Assembly (NCBI GenBank): GCA_002269645.1
Contig: NIVC01002702.1
Span: forward strand, 84,779 to 148,778
From: Macrostomum lignano
Taxonomy: Eukaryota
DNA: 64,000 nucleotides
Direction of reading: 5' to 3'
Shown here: piece by piece, positions 26,401 through 37,702 of the stretch
Layout of the letters: each line of letters begins with the position of its first letter
Position numbering within the stretch: position 1 is the first letter of the stretch
Program-made: the position numbers and the translations under genes
Notes under the pieces: model-generated
The model's input: the letters and a program-made list of their open reading frames with translations, nothing else
Databases searched by the model: none
Told to the model about the DNA's origin: nothing

Positions 26401-29400
26401 AATGTGACAGAAAATTTGCGAGAAGCGCTGAACGCTACATCAAGCTGGGATGTGCTCATCTTGCACTACCTCGGACTGGATCACATCGGCCATATTGAAG
26501 GCCCAAATAGTAGATTGGTGCCGGATAAACTTGCGGAAATGGATGCGGTTGTTGAGTCTATTGTTACGGCTTTGAGTAGCCAGGTAGGTGCTTGTGTGTG
26601 ATGGGAAATCTGTGGGGGTAGTGACTGATTATGGGATCTCTGAGTGACTCAATATGGGATCTCTGAGTGACTCAATATGGGATCTCTGAGTGACTCAATA
26701 TGGGATCTCTGAGTGACTCAATATGGGATCTCTGAGTGACTCAATATGGGATCTCTGAGTGACTCAATATGGGATCTCTGAGTGACTCAATATAGGATCA
26801 TTGGGAAGTGACTCAATATGGGATCAATGGGCAGTGACTCACAATGGGATACTTAAATCAAGTGACTCACAAGAAGCCGCTCCCAACCAAACCATCTCTT
26901 CAGCCAGTCGACTGGCTCCTAGTGGTAACCAGCGATCACGGAATGAGCGACCTTGGCGGTCACGGAGGTGCCTCCCCCGCCGAGACGCGAACTCCTCTCG
27001 TGTTGCTAAGCAGTGTACAGCTTTCCAGCAGTCTAGATCCATCGATTGAGCTCCCAGAACTAGAGCAGACAGATATGGCTAATTTGCTAACTAGCTGGAC
27101 AGGTGTTCAGCCTCCCAGGGCCAGTTTGGGACTGCTGCATCCGTCACTAGGCGGACTCGCCTGCGGCGGCTTCTCCAACTCGTTGCTTAGCAACAACTGG
27201 CTCGATTTGTTGGAATTAGAAGCCGAATTGAATTCTAAATCTGGTGAGAGTTTTTTGTTTGATTACTTTACTACTCTCTAACTGCTAAGTAACTGCACTA
27301 CTGATAATAAAGAAATCACAATTTTTCTTTATTTAAAAAAAACTATAAATTAGAGGCCTTCAATCGCTCCGAACGATCCAAGCGCTGCGCCGAAGATCTA
27401 AACTATTGCTACTCTGAGGCCAGACAAGCTCAACAGGCTTTGGTTTACGCATCGGCTGAGTACAGCTTGCCTAGAATGCTCATTGGTTTAGGGCTGGGCT
27501 GCCTCTGCTGTCTTTTTCGTTTGCCAACTTTGCTGCAAGCTGTTGGTATGATGACAGCAAAATCTAACGGCCCAAATGAATTCCAATCAGCCGACGACAG
27601 GGTTAGCTATTTTTATTGTTTGTTCTTAATGTACGCCCACCCCATCCTCCACAGCCACCCCATCCTCCACAGCCACCCCATCCTCCACAGCCACCCCATC
27701 CTCCACAGCCACCCCATCCTCCACAGCCACCCCATCCTCCACAGCCACCCCATCCTCCACAGCCACCCCATCCTCCACAGCCACCCCATCCTCCACAGCC
27801 ACCCCATCCTCCACAGCCACCCCATCCTCCACAGCCACCCATCCTCTACATCCACCCCATCCTTCGCAGCCACCCCATCCTCCGCAGCCACCCCATCCTC
27901 CGCACGCACCCAATCATCCTTCACATACTATGCTTCGACTTCATACCGAGCACAAAGCGCCAAATTTCATATAAATTGCCCAAAATTGTTCCAGCTAAAC
28001 AACCTGGCGATCTACCTGCTAATTCTGGGCACCTGTCTAGCTCCGATATTAATTCACGCGTCTACTAGTTTAATAGAGGAGGAGCATCAGTTTTGGTACT
28101 TTGCTTGCACCAGCCTGTTTGCCTGTCGCGTCCTATCAGCCAGTCTAAGCACTGCTAATTTACCTTGGCTGGAATGTATTCGTCAACTGATTCAACCCCT
28201 GATTCCTCTTGTAGCATTTCGATTAGCTAGAAATTTCAATCAAACCGGAGACAAATGGGCCCACCTACCAGATCTAGATCAGCACCTGCGCGGTTGGCCT
28301 GTCTGTTACGCAATAATTCTCCTCTGTAGCATCTGTTTAATTGGTGTTTTTCTGCAAAAATACCTTGATTATAACAATACATTTTCAAACGATACTACTT
28401 ATACTATAGTTGCAAATAGTAGTAAAATTCGATGCCTAATTTTAATTGCATGCTGTTTTTGCGCTATTTGGCTTCGTTGTAGTTTGGCATTGACAAATTT
28501 TATTAATCCTATAATTAGCTGTTTGGGATTGCTATTGGCTATAGCATGGACTGTTATTGGGATTATTACTAATGCTAATTATGGCTGCCCAGTTGCCTCA
28601 TCAGCTGGTGGCATTCTACTATGCCAGACTTTGTTGGCAAGTTGTCCGGCCAACTGTGCAGTCCTTTGTCTGCACTGCCTAGCCATTGGACCAGCGTTTG
28701 CTAAACCAGGACTTTACAGTTCGAGGCGTGATAGACTCATTCTGATGCTCACCTTTGTTTGGCTGGGTCAGGCTCTCTACTTTCAGTTGGTAAGTCTGCA
28801 CTTTTTTATCGTTGTTGAGTTTTATGCTTGAAAAATCAATATAGGGTTTTGGCCGCCCCCCCCCCTGGCACAGGTCCTTCAGTGACATCAACGGGGCGCT
28901 TGCAAAATCCCGAAATTTTGCAATTCAGAAATTTCATAAACCCAAAATTTCATAAACCCGAAATTTCATAAAACCCGAAATTTCATAAACATCGAAACAT
29001 AAAATATCGGCATAATTCATAGAACCGAAATTTCACGTCAAATTGTACGATATTGAAATGAACTGGATGAATAAAAATAAGACTAAACTGAGAATTAAAA
29101 TAAATTAAGCACTTCATATTTCTAGAATCTTTTTATTCCTTTACTTTTACAAAGTCGTCTCGGATGTGCAACTTTTGGCTAGGAAAGAAACTGTCTTTCG
29201 ACATTTTGAAAATTCGGGTTTTGTGAAACCCGAATCCGTCTCACAGCACCAGCGATGAGGCAATTCTGTCCATACTGTACGCAGACGCAATAATAATAAA
29301 AATAATTGATTACACCTGCCCCGATTGGGCCAGATGTGCAACCGACAGCTCAGCCGCAGCTATTGCGCGGCGCATCTGAAGGCTGCGTACGGCTGTTCAG

Positions 29401-29886
29401 TCCAAAGACTGGGGGGTCAACACACAGCCTCAATTACCCCATCAATTACCCCATAATAAACAGAATTTTCCGCGTTACGATAAAATGAAAATATGTACCG
29501 TCCAATTTCAGGGCCAGTCAAACAGTCTCGCAACGGCCGATATTGGCGCATCATTTGTTGGCCTGCCGTTTAATTCGATGATTTTAAGCGGCGCTTTGCT
29601 CGTCCTGTCAACTTGGACTGGCCAATTGTTTTATCTATTGCTTGCAATTCTGCTTCTAAAAGGGCATAAAAGCATCTGTACTGGTGGAGAGTTCAGACGA
29701 GCATCATCTGTGATTGGTCTGGCGCACCTATTGGCAGGTTACAGCTGGTGCAGCCTGGCGCTATTCTGCATTGTACAGCGGCATCATCTGTTTGTATGGA
29801 CAGTGTACGCACCCAAGTACTGCTATGGCTCCGCTTACCTGGCTCTGCTAACTGTGCTGTATCTTGTTGCGCGGCTTTTCGATTGA
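23470..29886 (+). CDS. PIGG: GPI ethanolamine phosphate transferase 2 (836 aa predicted)
   Basis: Exons 23470-23611, 24832-25040, 25612-25821, 26392-26583, 26904-27243, 27354-27601, 27995-28789, 29512-29886 (2511 nt, phases consistent). Motifs GFFP, LLIDGMRQD, PTVTLPRIK, YGDDTW, ILHYLGLDHIGH, SDHGM..GGHGG, EEEHQFWYF, GQSNSLATADI, VWTVYAPKY. Confidence 0.92.
23657..24702. repeat. Minisatellite in PIGG intron 1; 23-bp unit switching to a 21-bp unit near 24110
   Basis: TTGGCAGAGGGTAGCACACAACC followed by TTGGGAGGGTAGCACTCGACC. Confidence 0.95.
25052..25585. repeat. CT-rich degenerate repeat in PIGG intron 2
   Basis: CTTTCTCTTTCCCAT-like units running up to the exon 3 acceptor. Confidence 0.9.
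25905..26272 (+). repeat. About 21-23-bp minisatellite (GAGATCCCATATTGAGTCACTCA) in PIGG intron 3
   Basis: Tandem units; reverse complement of the intron 4 array. Confidence 0.92.
26628..26870 (-). repeat. Same minisatellite, inverted (TGAGTGACTCAATATGGGATCTC), in PIGG intron 4
   Basis: Exact reverse complement of the intron 3 unit. Confidence 0.92.
27638..27905. repeat. 18-bp minisatellite (CACCCCATCCTCCACAGC) in PIGG intron 6
   Basis: Reads (HPILHS)n in the PIGG frame. Confidence 0.93.
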
Positions 29887-30124
29887 TTTGAAATCCAAGT
29901 TACATGTAGGCAGTTTCTGTTCTTTTTGAAAAAAACTTTGGTGCTCCTAGCAAACTGACAAAAAGATGACTATAGCTCAGCTAAATTTATTTGCATTTAC
30001 TTTTTTCCCTTCTCCTTTTTTTCTTAATATAAATTACACCTATTAGTACTGTTCTAAGTAATAAACAGTTTTTTTTGCGATTTATACTTTCAATTATAAA
30101 AAATAACTAAAAACAAGGGTAGAG

Positions 30125-30575
30125 AGGATTGAACTGGCAGGCCAATTATTATCAGGGGAGTGACGGGGTTGAACTAGCGAGCCAATTATTATCAGGGGAG
30201 TGATGGGGTTGAACTAGCGAGCCAATTACTATCAGGGGAGTGAGGGGGTTGAACTAGCGAGCCAATTATTATTAGGGGAGTGACGGGGTTGAACTAGCGA
30301 GCCAATTATTATCAGGGGAGTGAGGGGGTTGAACTGGCAGGCCAATTATTATCAGGGGAGTGAGGGGGTTGAACTGGCAGGCCAATTATTATCAGGGGAG
30401 TGAGGGGGTTGAACTGGCAGGCCAATTATTATCAGGGGAGTGAGGGGGTTGAACTGGCAGGCCAATTATTATCAGGGGAGTGAGGGGGTTGAACTGGCAG
30501 GCCAATTATTATCAGGGGAGTGAGGGGGTTGAACTGGCAGGCCAATTATTATCCGGGGAGTGAGGGGGTTGAACT
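30125..30575. repeat. 40-bp minisatellite between PIGG and AP5M1
   Basis: GGGGGTTGAACTGGCAGGCCAATTATTATCAGGGGAGTGA, about 11 units. Confidence 0.95.
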
Positions 30576-30618
30576 GGTTTCTATTTCTATCACTAACACA
30601 TTTTCTTAATTTCTTCAG

Positions 30619-31347
30619 TCTGTGCTGTGCCTGGGTCTGTTCCGCCTGCGTGACACTGGCGGCAGTTTTTCCGGTCAGCCGGTGCTACTGCACCGGTTCT
30701 CGGCAACGTCGACCAGCCTGGCCGGTTTACCGGCCGCCATGGATCAGAAAGAGTTAACAGCCTGCATTGTCAGAGCGCTGGGCTTGGCCTATCCAACAGA
30801 ATCGTTTGTGCCCGAGCGAGACTCCTGCCGATTGTCTCCGACAAAGCCAGTGTTCTCAGTGCCCGTGCCGGGCGGGGTACTCCGGCCGTTGCTAGTCACC
30901 GAGCATAGTCCGCCAGGCGCGTTGCTATGGTGCCTTGGCAACGAGGATCATGAAGACGCCGTGATGGACGCGTTCGCTTTGCTTGAAGCTGTTGGCGAGT
31001 TTCTCGGCCCTCTGTCGAAGGATTTCGGCCCGGAGGAGCCGCGGCTGGCCGAGCTGCAGTTGTTCCTGTCCTATGCCTGTCCTTTCGGCACCCCGCTGGC
31101 TCTGGAGCAGCCTCTCTATCGGCACCTGTTCGGCCAGGTGCCAAGCCTGCCGGCGGCGGGCAGCAGAGAGGCGGCAGAGTCGCCGCACACAGTCTGGACT
31201 GTGGGAGCGCCCGCCGAAAAGAAGTCGAAGAAGGTCAGGATAGGAGCGGGGATCAAAGTAGCTCAGCGGCTACTGCGTCTTAGTTTTGTGCCGCTGGAGT
31301 GCCTGGGCTCGATTCCATGCGCGACTACATGAGTAATGGGCCACTTA

Positions 31348-31392
<45 letters not shown>

Positions 31393-33011
31393 GGTATTAT
31401 GGGAGCTGAGTTTAAAATCTGTTTATTTCTCAATCTCCAACGCAGGGTTCCTCCGTGGCCCTGCAGTTGACAGAGCGGGTCTATTATTCTTGCCAGGACG
31501 AGAATTCCTGTCATTCGCGGCAGGGCGATAATTACCTGTGCTTCGGGTGTCTCACCTGCGACGCGTCGTTGTTAAAGGTGAGAATTGAGAAAAGAGGATG
31601 AAGGTGAGGGTGAGAGGGTGAGGATAAGGGTGAGAGCGAGAGTAAGGGTGAGAGTGAGGGTGAGTGAGAGTGAGGGTGAGAGTGAGGGTGAGGGTGAGTG
31701 AGAGTGAGGGTGAGAGTGAGGGTGAGAGTGAGGGTGAGGGTTAGTGAGAGTGAGGGTGAGAGTTAGGGTGAGTGAGAGTGAGGGTAAGAGTGAGGGTGAG
31801 TGAGAGTGACGGTGAGGGTGAGAGTGAGAGTGAGGGTGAGGGTGAGTGAGGGTGAGAGTGAGGGTTAGAGTGAGTGAGAGTGAGGGTGAGAGTTAAGGTG
31901 ACGATGAAGATGAGGGTGAGGGTGAGGATGAGGGTGAGAGTGAGGGTGAGGGTGAGTGACAGTGAGGATGAGGGTGAGGGTGAGAGGGAGGATGAGGGTT
32001 AGGGTGAGGGTGAGGGTGAGGGTGAGAGGGAGGATGAGGGTGAGGGTGAGGGTGAGGGTGAAGCGGTGAAAGTGAGGGGGTGAGGGACCGAGGGTGAGGG
32101 TGGGGTTCATTGTCAGCAGTGTATCAGTCGCCATACTGCATGCATACTAACTAAAATCTTCTCAAACCCCGCAATCGCAGGAGAACTGCAGTTTAGAAAT
32201 TCGCCTAGACAGTCCGCGTCAACTGTTGCACGGAGTCCTGGTGACGCCCCGCTGCGCCTACTGGGACGCCACGCCTCAGTCGGCTCGGATCCGGCTGCAG
32301 CCGCCTCGCCAGGCTGGCAGTCGTTTGATCACCTACTGGCTGGCGCAGCCGTTGCATCCGCTTGTCACAGGTTTCTACCAGGTGAGACTGCAGCAGCAGC
32401 AACAACAGCAGCAACAGCAGCAGCAACCATCGCACATGCGCCAGTCTGCTGCTGTCAGGCTTCAGTTAATATTTTCCGACATTCTGTGTCGCGGCGCGGC
32501 CAAATGCGACTATTGCGAGGTGCACTTGCACCTGCCAGCTTGGGCTCCGCAGCCGCGGGATGCTAAATTGACTTGCAGCTTAGGCACAGCCTCGCTCACG
32601 CAGCAGCAGCAGCAGGCTTCTCCTTCTGGTCGGATTTTAGTCTGGAATTTGACCGCCGGAATGGCAAAACTGTCCCCGGGTACACCGGTGAACCTCGTTG
32701 GCACCGTCAGCTTCGTCAGGACGGGCGCTGCCGCCGCTCCGGCAGGCGATTCCATGCGCGACGACATGACCTGCTGCGCTAGGCTGTACTTCCGGTTCTC
32801 TCGCGTTGCACTGTCCGACGCCAAAGTCGATGCTCAGTTTGTCGGTCTTAGCGCCGGCCCGGCGCCGAAATCCTCGCCCTCCGTGTCTCTAGCCGTCGAA
32901 TCCGGCGATTGCGCCGTCTGGAATTCCTTCGGCGACGCGCCGATTTCCTACCGACCGGAGGATCGACTGCTGAACACTGCCGCCGGATTTGAATTGCACA
33001 GCGCGTCGTGA
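30619..33011 (+). CDS. AP5M1: AP-5 complex subunit mu-1 (MuD); no local genomic initiator ATG before the first coding exon
   Basis: Exons 30619-31233, 31446-31577, 32181-33011 (all phase 0; 525 codons plus stop). Motifs FVPERDSC, ACPFGT, VALQLTERV, GFYQV, CDYCEVHL, GTVSF, WNSFGDAP, matching AP5M1 as recalled. Confidence 0.85.
31349..31393. repeat. (GACA)n microsatellite in AP5M1 intron 1
   Basis: About 11 units. Confidence 0.95.
31600..32105. repeat. Degenerate (GTGAGG/GTGAGA/GTGAGT)n hexamer array in AP5M1 intron 2
   Basis: Direct reading of the sequence. Confidence 0.92.
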
Positions 33012-33247
33012 TATTTTTGCAACTCTTTGTTTTAACTAATGGTTTCTAACTGATGAATGAAACCAGTTTACAGATTGTTCAAACCAATGTATAGGTTGCT
33101 CAAACCAGTATATAGATCGATCAAACCAGTGTACAGATTGTTCAAATCAATGTTTAGGTTGGTCAAACCAGTATATAAATTACTCAAATCAGTGTATAGA
33201 TTGTTTAAAACTAATGTATATACTGGTTAAGTCCATTTATTTGTTCG

Positions 33248-33560
33248 TTTTTTAAGTAGAGTCAAGGGCTGTGTGCACCCTGGTTCACTTTAAGCGACAT
33301 TGTCACACAACCGGCGAGAGGCATTACTGCCCATTCCGCCGACTCCCCTGAGCAGGCATACAAGCGCGCGGATACGTACGCAGGCACACACACAGGAGTG
33401 TACAGCGGTCCTGACTGTATTTATCGTTAGGCATGTACACTTCACTGTGCCTTGGGGGTTGGCCTTCAAGGCCGTTAATTGCGCGAGCAGAGCCAAGCCG
33501 AGATTCCAATTTAGCCCCAAATTAATGCGACTACACTCGGAATCGGCTACGGCCACGGCC
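33248..33560 (-). mobile_element. Interspersed SINE-like repeat, intact copy A
   Basis: Homologous to 36439-36547 plus 42908-43110. On the minus strand both copies end in CTCTA..AAAAAA. Class not established. Confidence 0.6.
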
Positions 33561-36015
33561 TATAGGCTACGGCCCACATCGAATCTGTTTATAGATTGGT
33601 CAAATAAATTTATTGCTTTACGTGCTGTTTTATTTGGTTAGTTTTGCCGATTGTTCAAGTTTGTAGTTAGCTTACAATCGTGCTTGTCCTTTCATTCAAC
33701 AATCGTTGCTTCTCAAGCATAATATGCATGCGTATTAAATAAATGTCAGCCATTTTTAATTCTCTTAGAGTTTGGTTGTGTGCCAATGATAGATTCTCAC
33801 TAAAGTCCGCTTATTGAACTGCTTCAGTATGAAGCTGGAGTACTTGTACTGTAAGTGTAATACTGGGTCTGTTAAGAACGTTGGAACTTCGCCACTTGTG
33901 AAAATTAATCTGTCAATCAAAAAAACAATGGAAGGATATTCCTTTCACCGGAGTTTGTGCAAACATTTTCAAGTCGACTGACATTATATGAATTATTTAC
34001 AGTGAGAAGTGCCATTTTTTCTGAGTTATTTACTGTCCAGGTCAGAGATATCACCTGATAGACTTGAGGACGAGTGATGGGAAACATTTCAAATAGAAAA
34101 CACCTGTTGTGACAGCAGCCAGTTCGTATAAAGAAGCTGTTCTTGTCTGCAGTCACTTGCAGTGTGTGCTTCGGAAATGTCTAAAGAGCTAATATCAGTT
34201 TGCATACTGCTTCTAGCAGCAACACAAGCAGAATTAACAACAGGCGATTGCAGCATCAACCGGTTGGAGTTCAAGCGCTACTCCTTCCTGCCAAACTGTT
34301 CTCAAGCGCTGTCTTTTGTGTCTGAGCAGATTTTCACCTGCGGCATGGCTGCTGCCGTGTCTGCAGTCCCCATGGCAGTTGTCATGCAGTCGTCAAACTC
34401 CAGGCCCAATTGCCACGTGACGGCCGCTCTGTGCCCTCGCTACCGACTGTGCTCTGTGGACGACTGCGACTCAATCGTGCTCATGCCAGTCAGTCTCATC
34501 GCTCTTGAGCACCTAATCTTGGGCGTGAGAGCCGGCAGTGGATATACAGTGTGGGAACTGATGACCGGAAGTACTGGTGGCAACTCCGACTCTGTAGTGC
34601 AACCAGCAGCTCTGGACTCGGACATTGCCAACCTGCCGGACGCTTTTCGTTCCAGCCTGTTAGAGAACGTACGTCGCCTGATTTCTGGTCTCGTCTACAA
34701 GCAGTTCATTGTGCAGATTTACAACGGATCTGTAGTTCGACTAGAATTCGATGTAGGTTCCTCTGTTGACGCTCTAACCAATCTGAACTGGTTTAGGAAG
34801 CAGCGACTCGTCCGCAGCTGCCCAGTGAAAAATGATTCATGGATTCCACGTGGGTTCCACGTGGCCATGTGGAATTTAAATGTTTCCTTAATTTTTGCAA
34901 ATTAATGACTTAAAGATGACATAATGGTATGCAAAGTATTTTTTATGCATTATTTTTTAATTTTTACTGTCCTAATGTTGATGTGGATTTTACAAGGAAT
35001 TCATGAGAAATAAGCGTATATTGATTCAACATGGAATCCACTTCGATAAAAAACTGTGATACACCACATTCAGACGTTTTTATGAAATTACTATAATTAA
35101 TTATTACATTTATATGCTTTTAAGTAAAAATTAATATCTTAAAGCTAAATTATAATCAGAAAATAAGATACTGTTTGTTAAAATAGACAAAATAGAAGTG
35201 AACAATAAAAAACGTTTCGTGCTTTTTAAGATTAAATTTATTTTATTTTATATTCGTCAATGTCTTGCATGGTTCAAGGCCTTGAAAGATAAATTGCCTT
35301 GTTTATGGCTATTTAAGCACCTTAAAAATTTTAGTAGACGTAGCCTATAGGCAATAACTTATAAGGCCATGGCCTCCATGGGATTAGAAATTAGATAAAT
35401 CAGTATTTCATCATAGATAGGCCTAATACTTTTGCCAGTTTTGGTAAAATCCATCCATGATAAATTTATTTAGGCTTATCCAATTTCTAGGAATCCCATG
35501 GCCATGTCCATAGATTGGCTACTCATTTTTTAAACTTAAATAGGCCTTTCGAAGTTCATAATTTCCTCTTAGTCCTACCTATTAGTCCTAGGCCTAGGGC
35601 CTATCTATTTATGTATGCTTATTAATATTAGGCCTATTTTAAGCTAGGCCTATAACTATCAATTCAGGTCCTTCTATTTTAATTAAGGTTAAGACTAGGC
35701 CTAGCTTGACTTTGTGAATTGTGACTAGTCAATCTAGTTAATCTGTTAAAAATCTATTCATTTATGATTTTCTTCAAAAAAGCCTATTAGCATCTTTTGG
35801 ACTTGTTGCATTTTTAAAAACAATATTATTAATCATTATAAATAATTCTTTGCAATTACACTTGCAACCTGTTTTTGGCATAGCTAGCCTAGCAGATCCC
35901 TAAGGTTGCTATTATAAATAAATAATGATTATTGTAAATTTGATCTGATTTAGGCCAAGTCCAGAATTTAATAGCCATAGGGCATAGCTTTTAAGATTAG
36001 GCCTAATGTTTAGGC

Positions 36016-36419
36016 CGGTGCATGACCAAGACCGCCACATACCAAGACTGCCACAGCTCTTACTGACTATTGGAATTGAGGGGAAGCTACCAATCTTTCA
36101 GCATTGCTATTGGTTATGATGGGTTGTGGAGTTAGATAAGGAGGAAGTGTCCTAAGATTGGTCACTAATAAGATGAATAAGTGGCCCAAAATGATTGCAA
36201 GTCAACCAGGGCAATTTTAACAATTCAAATTAAATGAAAAAACAAGGAGCCTGGCTCACTCACCTACCTAGCCAGGCTAGCCTGCTCACTAGTTCTTCTC
36301 TTGTGGCCTTGTCTTGCTGGCTCTCCCCATCTTACCCCTCCTCAGCCCCATCCAATAACATGGTGAGCCAAATTCCTCCCTCCTAGCTCCCCCAAGTGTG
36401 GCGGTCTTGTCCTATACCG
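36016..36419. mobile_element. MITE (404 bp) nested in the CMC-like element
   Basis: Imperfect TIRs CGGTGCATGACCAAGACCGCCACA / TGTGGCGGTCTTGTCCTATACCG; TSD TTTAGGC at 36009-36015 and 36420-36426. Confidence 0.75.
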
Positions 36420-37082
36420 TTTAGGCCTAATCATACTATTTTTTTATTAGAGGCAGGGGGTTGTATGCACCCTGGCACACTTTAAGCGACATAGGCATAC
36501 AACTAGCGAGAGGCATTGCTGCCTATTCCACTAACTCCCCTGAGCAGCCAGGATGGAATTCTTGCTCAGAGGAAGGAAAACGCGCGCGCACGTTTTTGGA
36601 GCAGCGCGCAAGTGCGCACGCCAGGGTCGCCAGCTAAAAATAAGAGAACTTGAGCGCACATAACCATGTTGTATACAAATTTTATCAAATTTTAACAATC
36701 GAAGTATTTTGTGTACATTTGCTACTATTTTTGCTTTTCGATTATGCAATTACGAGTAAGGCAACAAAAAAGATAATGACACGTTTTACATTCATAAAAA
36801 ATATTGCTTTGTATATTTTTGAGTACATGTATGCAACTGTGTATATTTTTGTTTTAATAATAACTTTTAATTAATTAGAAAAAGAGAAACACCTGCAAAA
36901 ATGACAATTTTAGTACAGTTATGTTTTTAGTATAATATTAGACGTTTAGTATAGTTGGATTTAGTATAGTTGGGTTGATGTATATTGTCGCAAAATTCAA
37001 ATCGAAATGTTGCGTTTCATGTACATGTTTAATTAAAATAATGATTTTTCTTTGCCCTTCCTGCAAGTTACATGTAGCTATA

Positions 37083-37329
37083 CAGTGGCAGATCAATTTT
37101 TTGGGGGCGGTCTAAGTTTGGGCGCCAACACGAGTATAAGGGTGCCAATTTAGGGGCTTAAAAATGCATGTAGGGGGCGATAAGATATTAGCTTAGGGCG
37201 CAAAAAATGGTGTTTCGGGGCGAAAAAATCAAGTTTAGGGGGGGGGGCGCAAACTTTGGCTTTTTCTGGGGGTGCACTATGTTCCGTCAAAAGTACTTAT
37301 TTTAGGGACGCCCCCCAAATCCGCCCCTG
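37083..37329. mobile_element. MITE (247 bp) nested inside the hAT element
   Basis: TIRs CAGTGGCAGAT / ATCCGCCCCTG (9/11); TSD TAGCTATA / TAGCTAGA (7/8). Confidence 0.7.
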
Positions 37330-37702
37330 TAGCTAGATGTACATTCAACCCTCTCTGTGCTGCGTCGTCCCATCTTCATTTCTGTCCTTTTCTCTGTGGC
37401 CTGCATGCCTAGGTACAAGTACAAACCCCCCACTCTTGTTTTTCTATCTGCCCCGCACTTCATGTACGCTAGGCATATTATTAGCGTCCCCTCATTCTAA
37501 AATTCAAGACAAATATAAGTTTTGTTGCACTAAGCGTGCTGGTGTGCTTGTCCATTTGTGGTTATTGCCTGGAGAGTTCTGAATTGTTTACGCATTATAT
37601 AGCGAATGATTTATTGAGTCAAACATCTTAACAAGTCATTGTACATGCATTGTGGTTCATTTCAACTTGCGTATAAATGCTAGTCAGACGTTACAGTCGG
37701 CA

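Noticed and set aside
30125-30575. CRISPR-like array (also considered for 8878-8961, 55665-56520 and 57068-57500)
   Set aside because: Units are directly adjacent with no unique spacers, there are no cas genes, and the context is eukaryotic.
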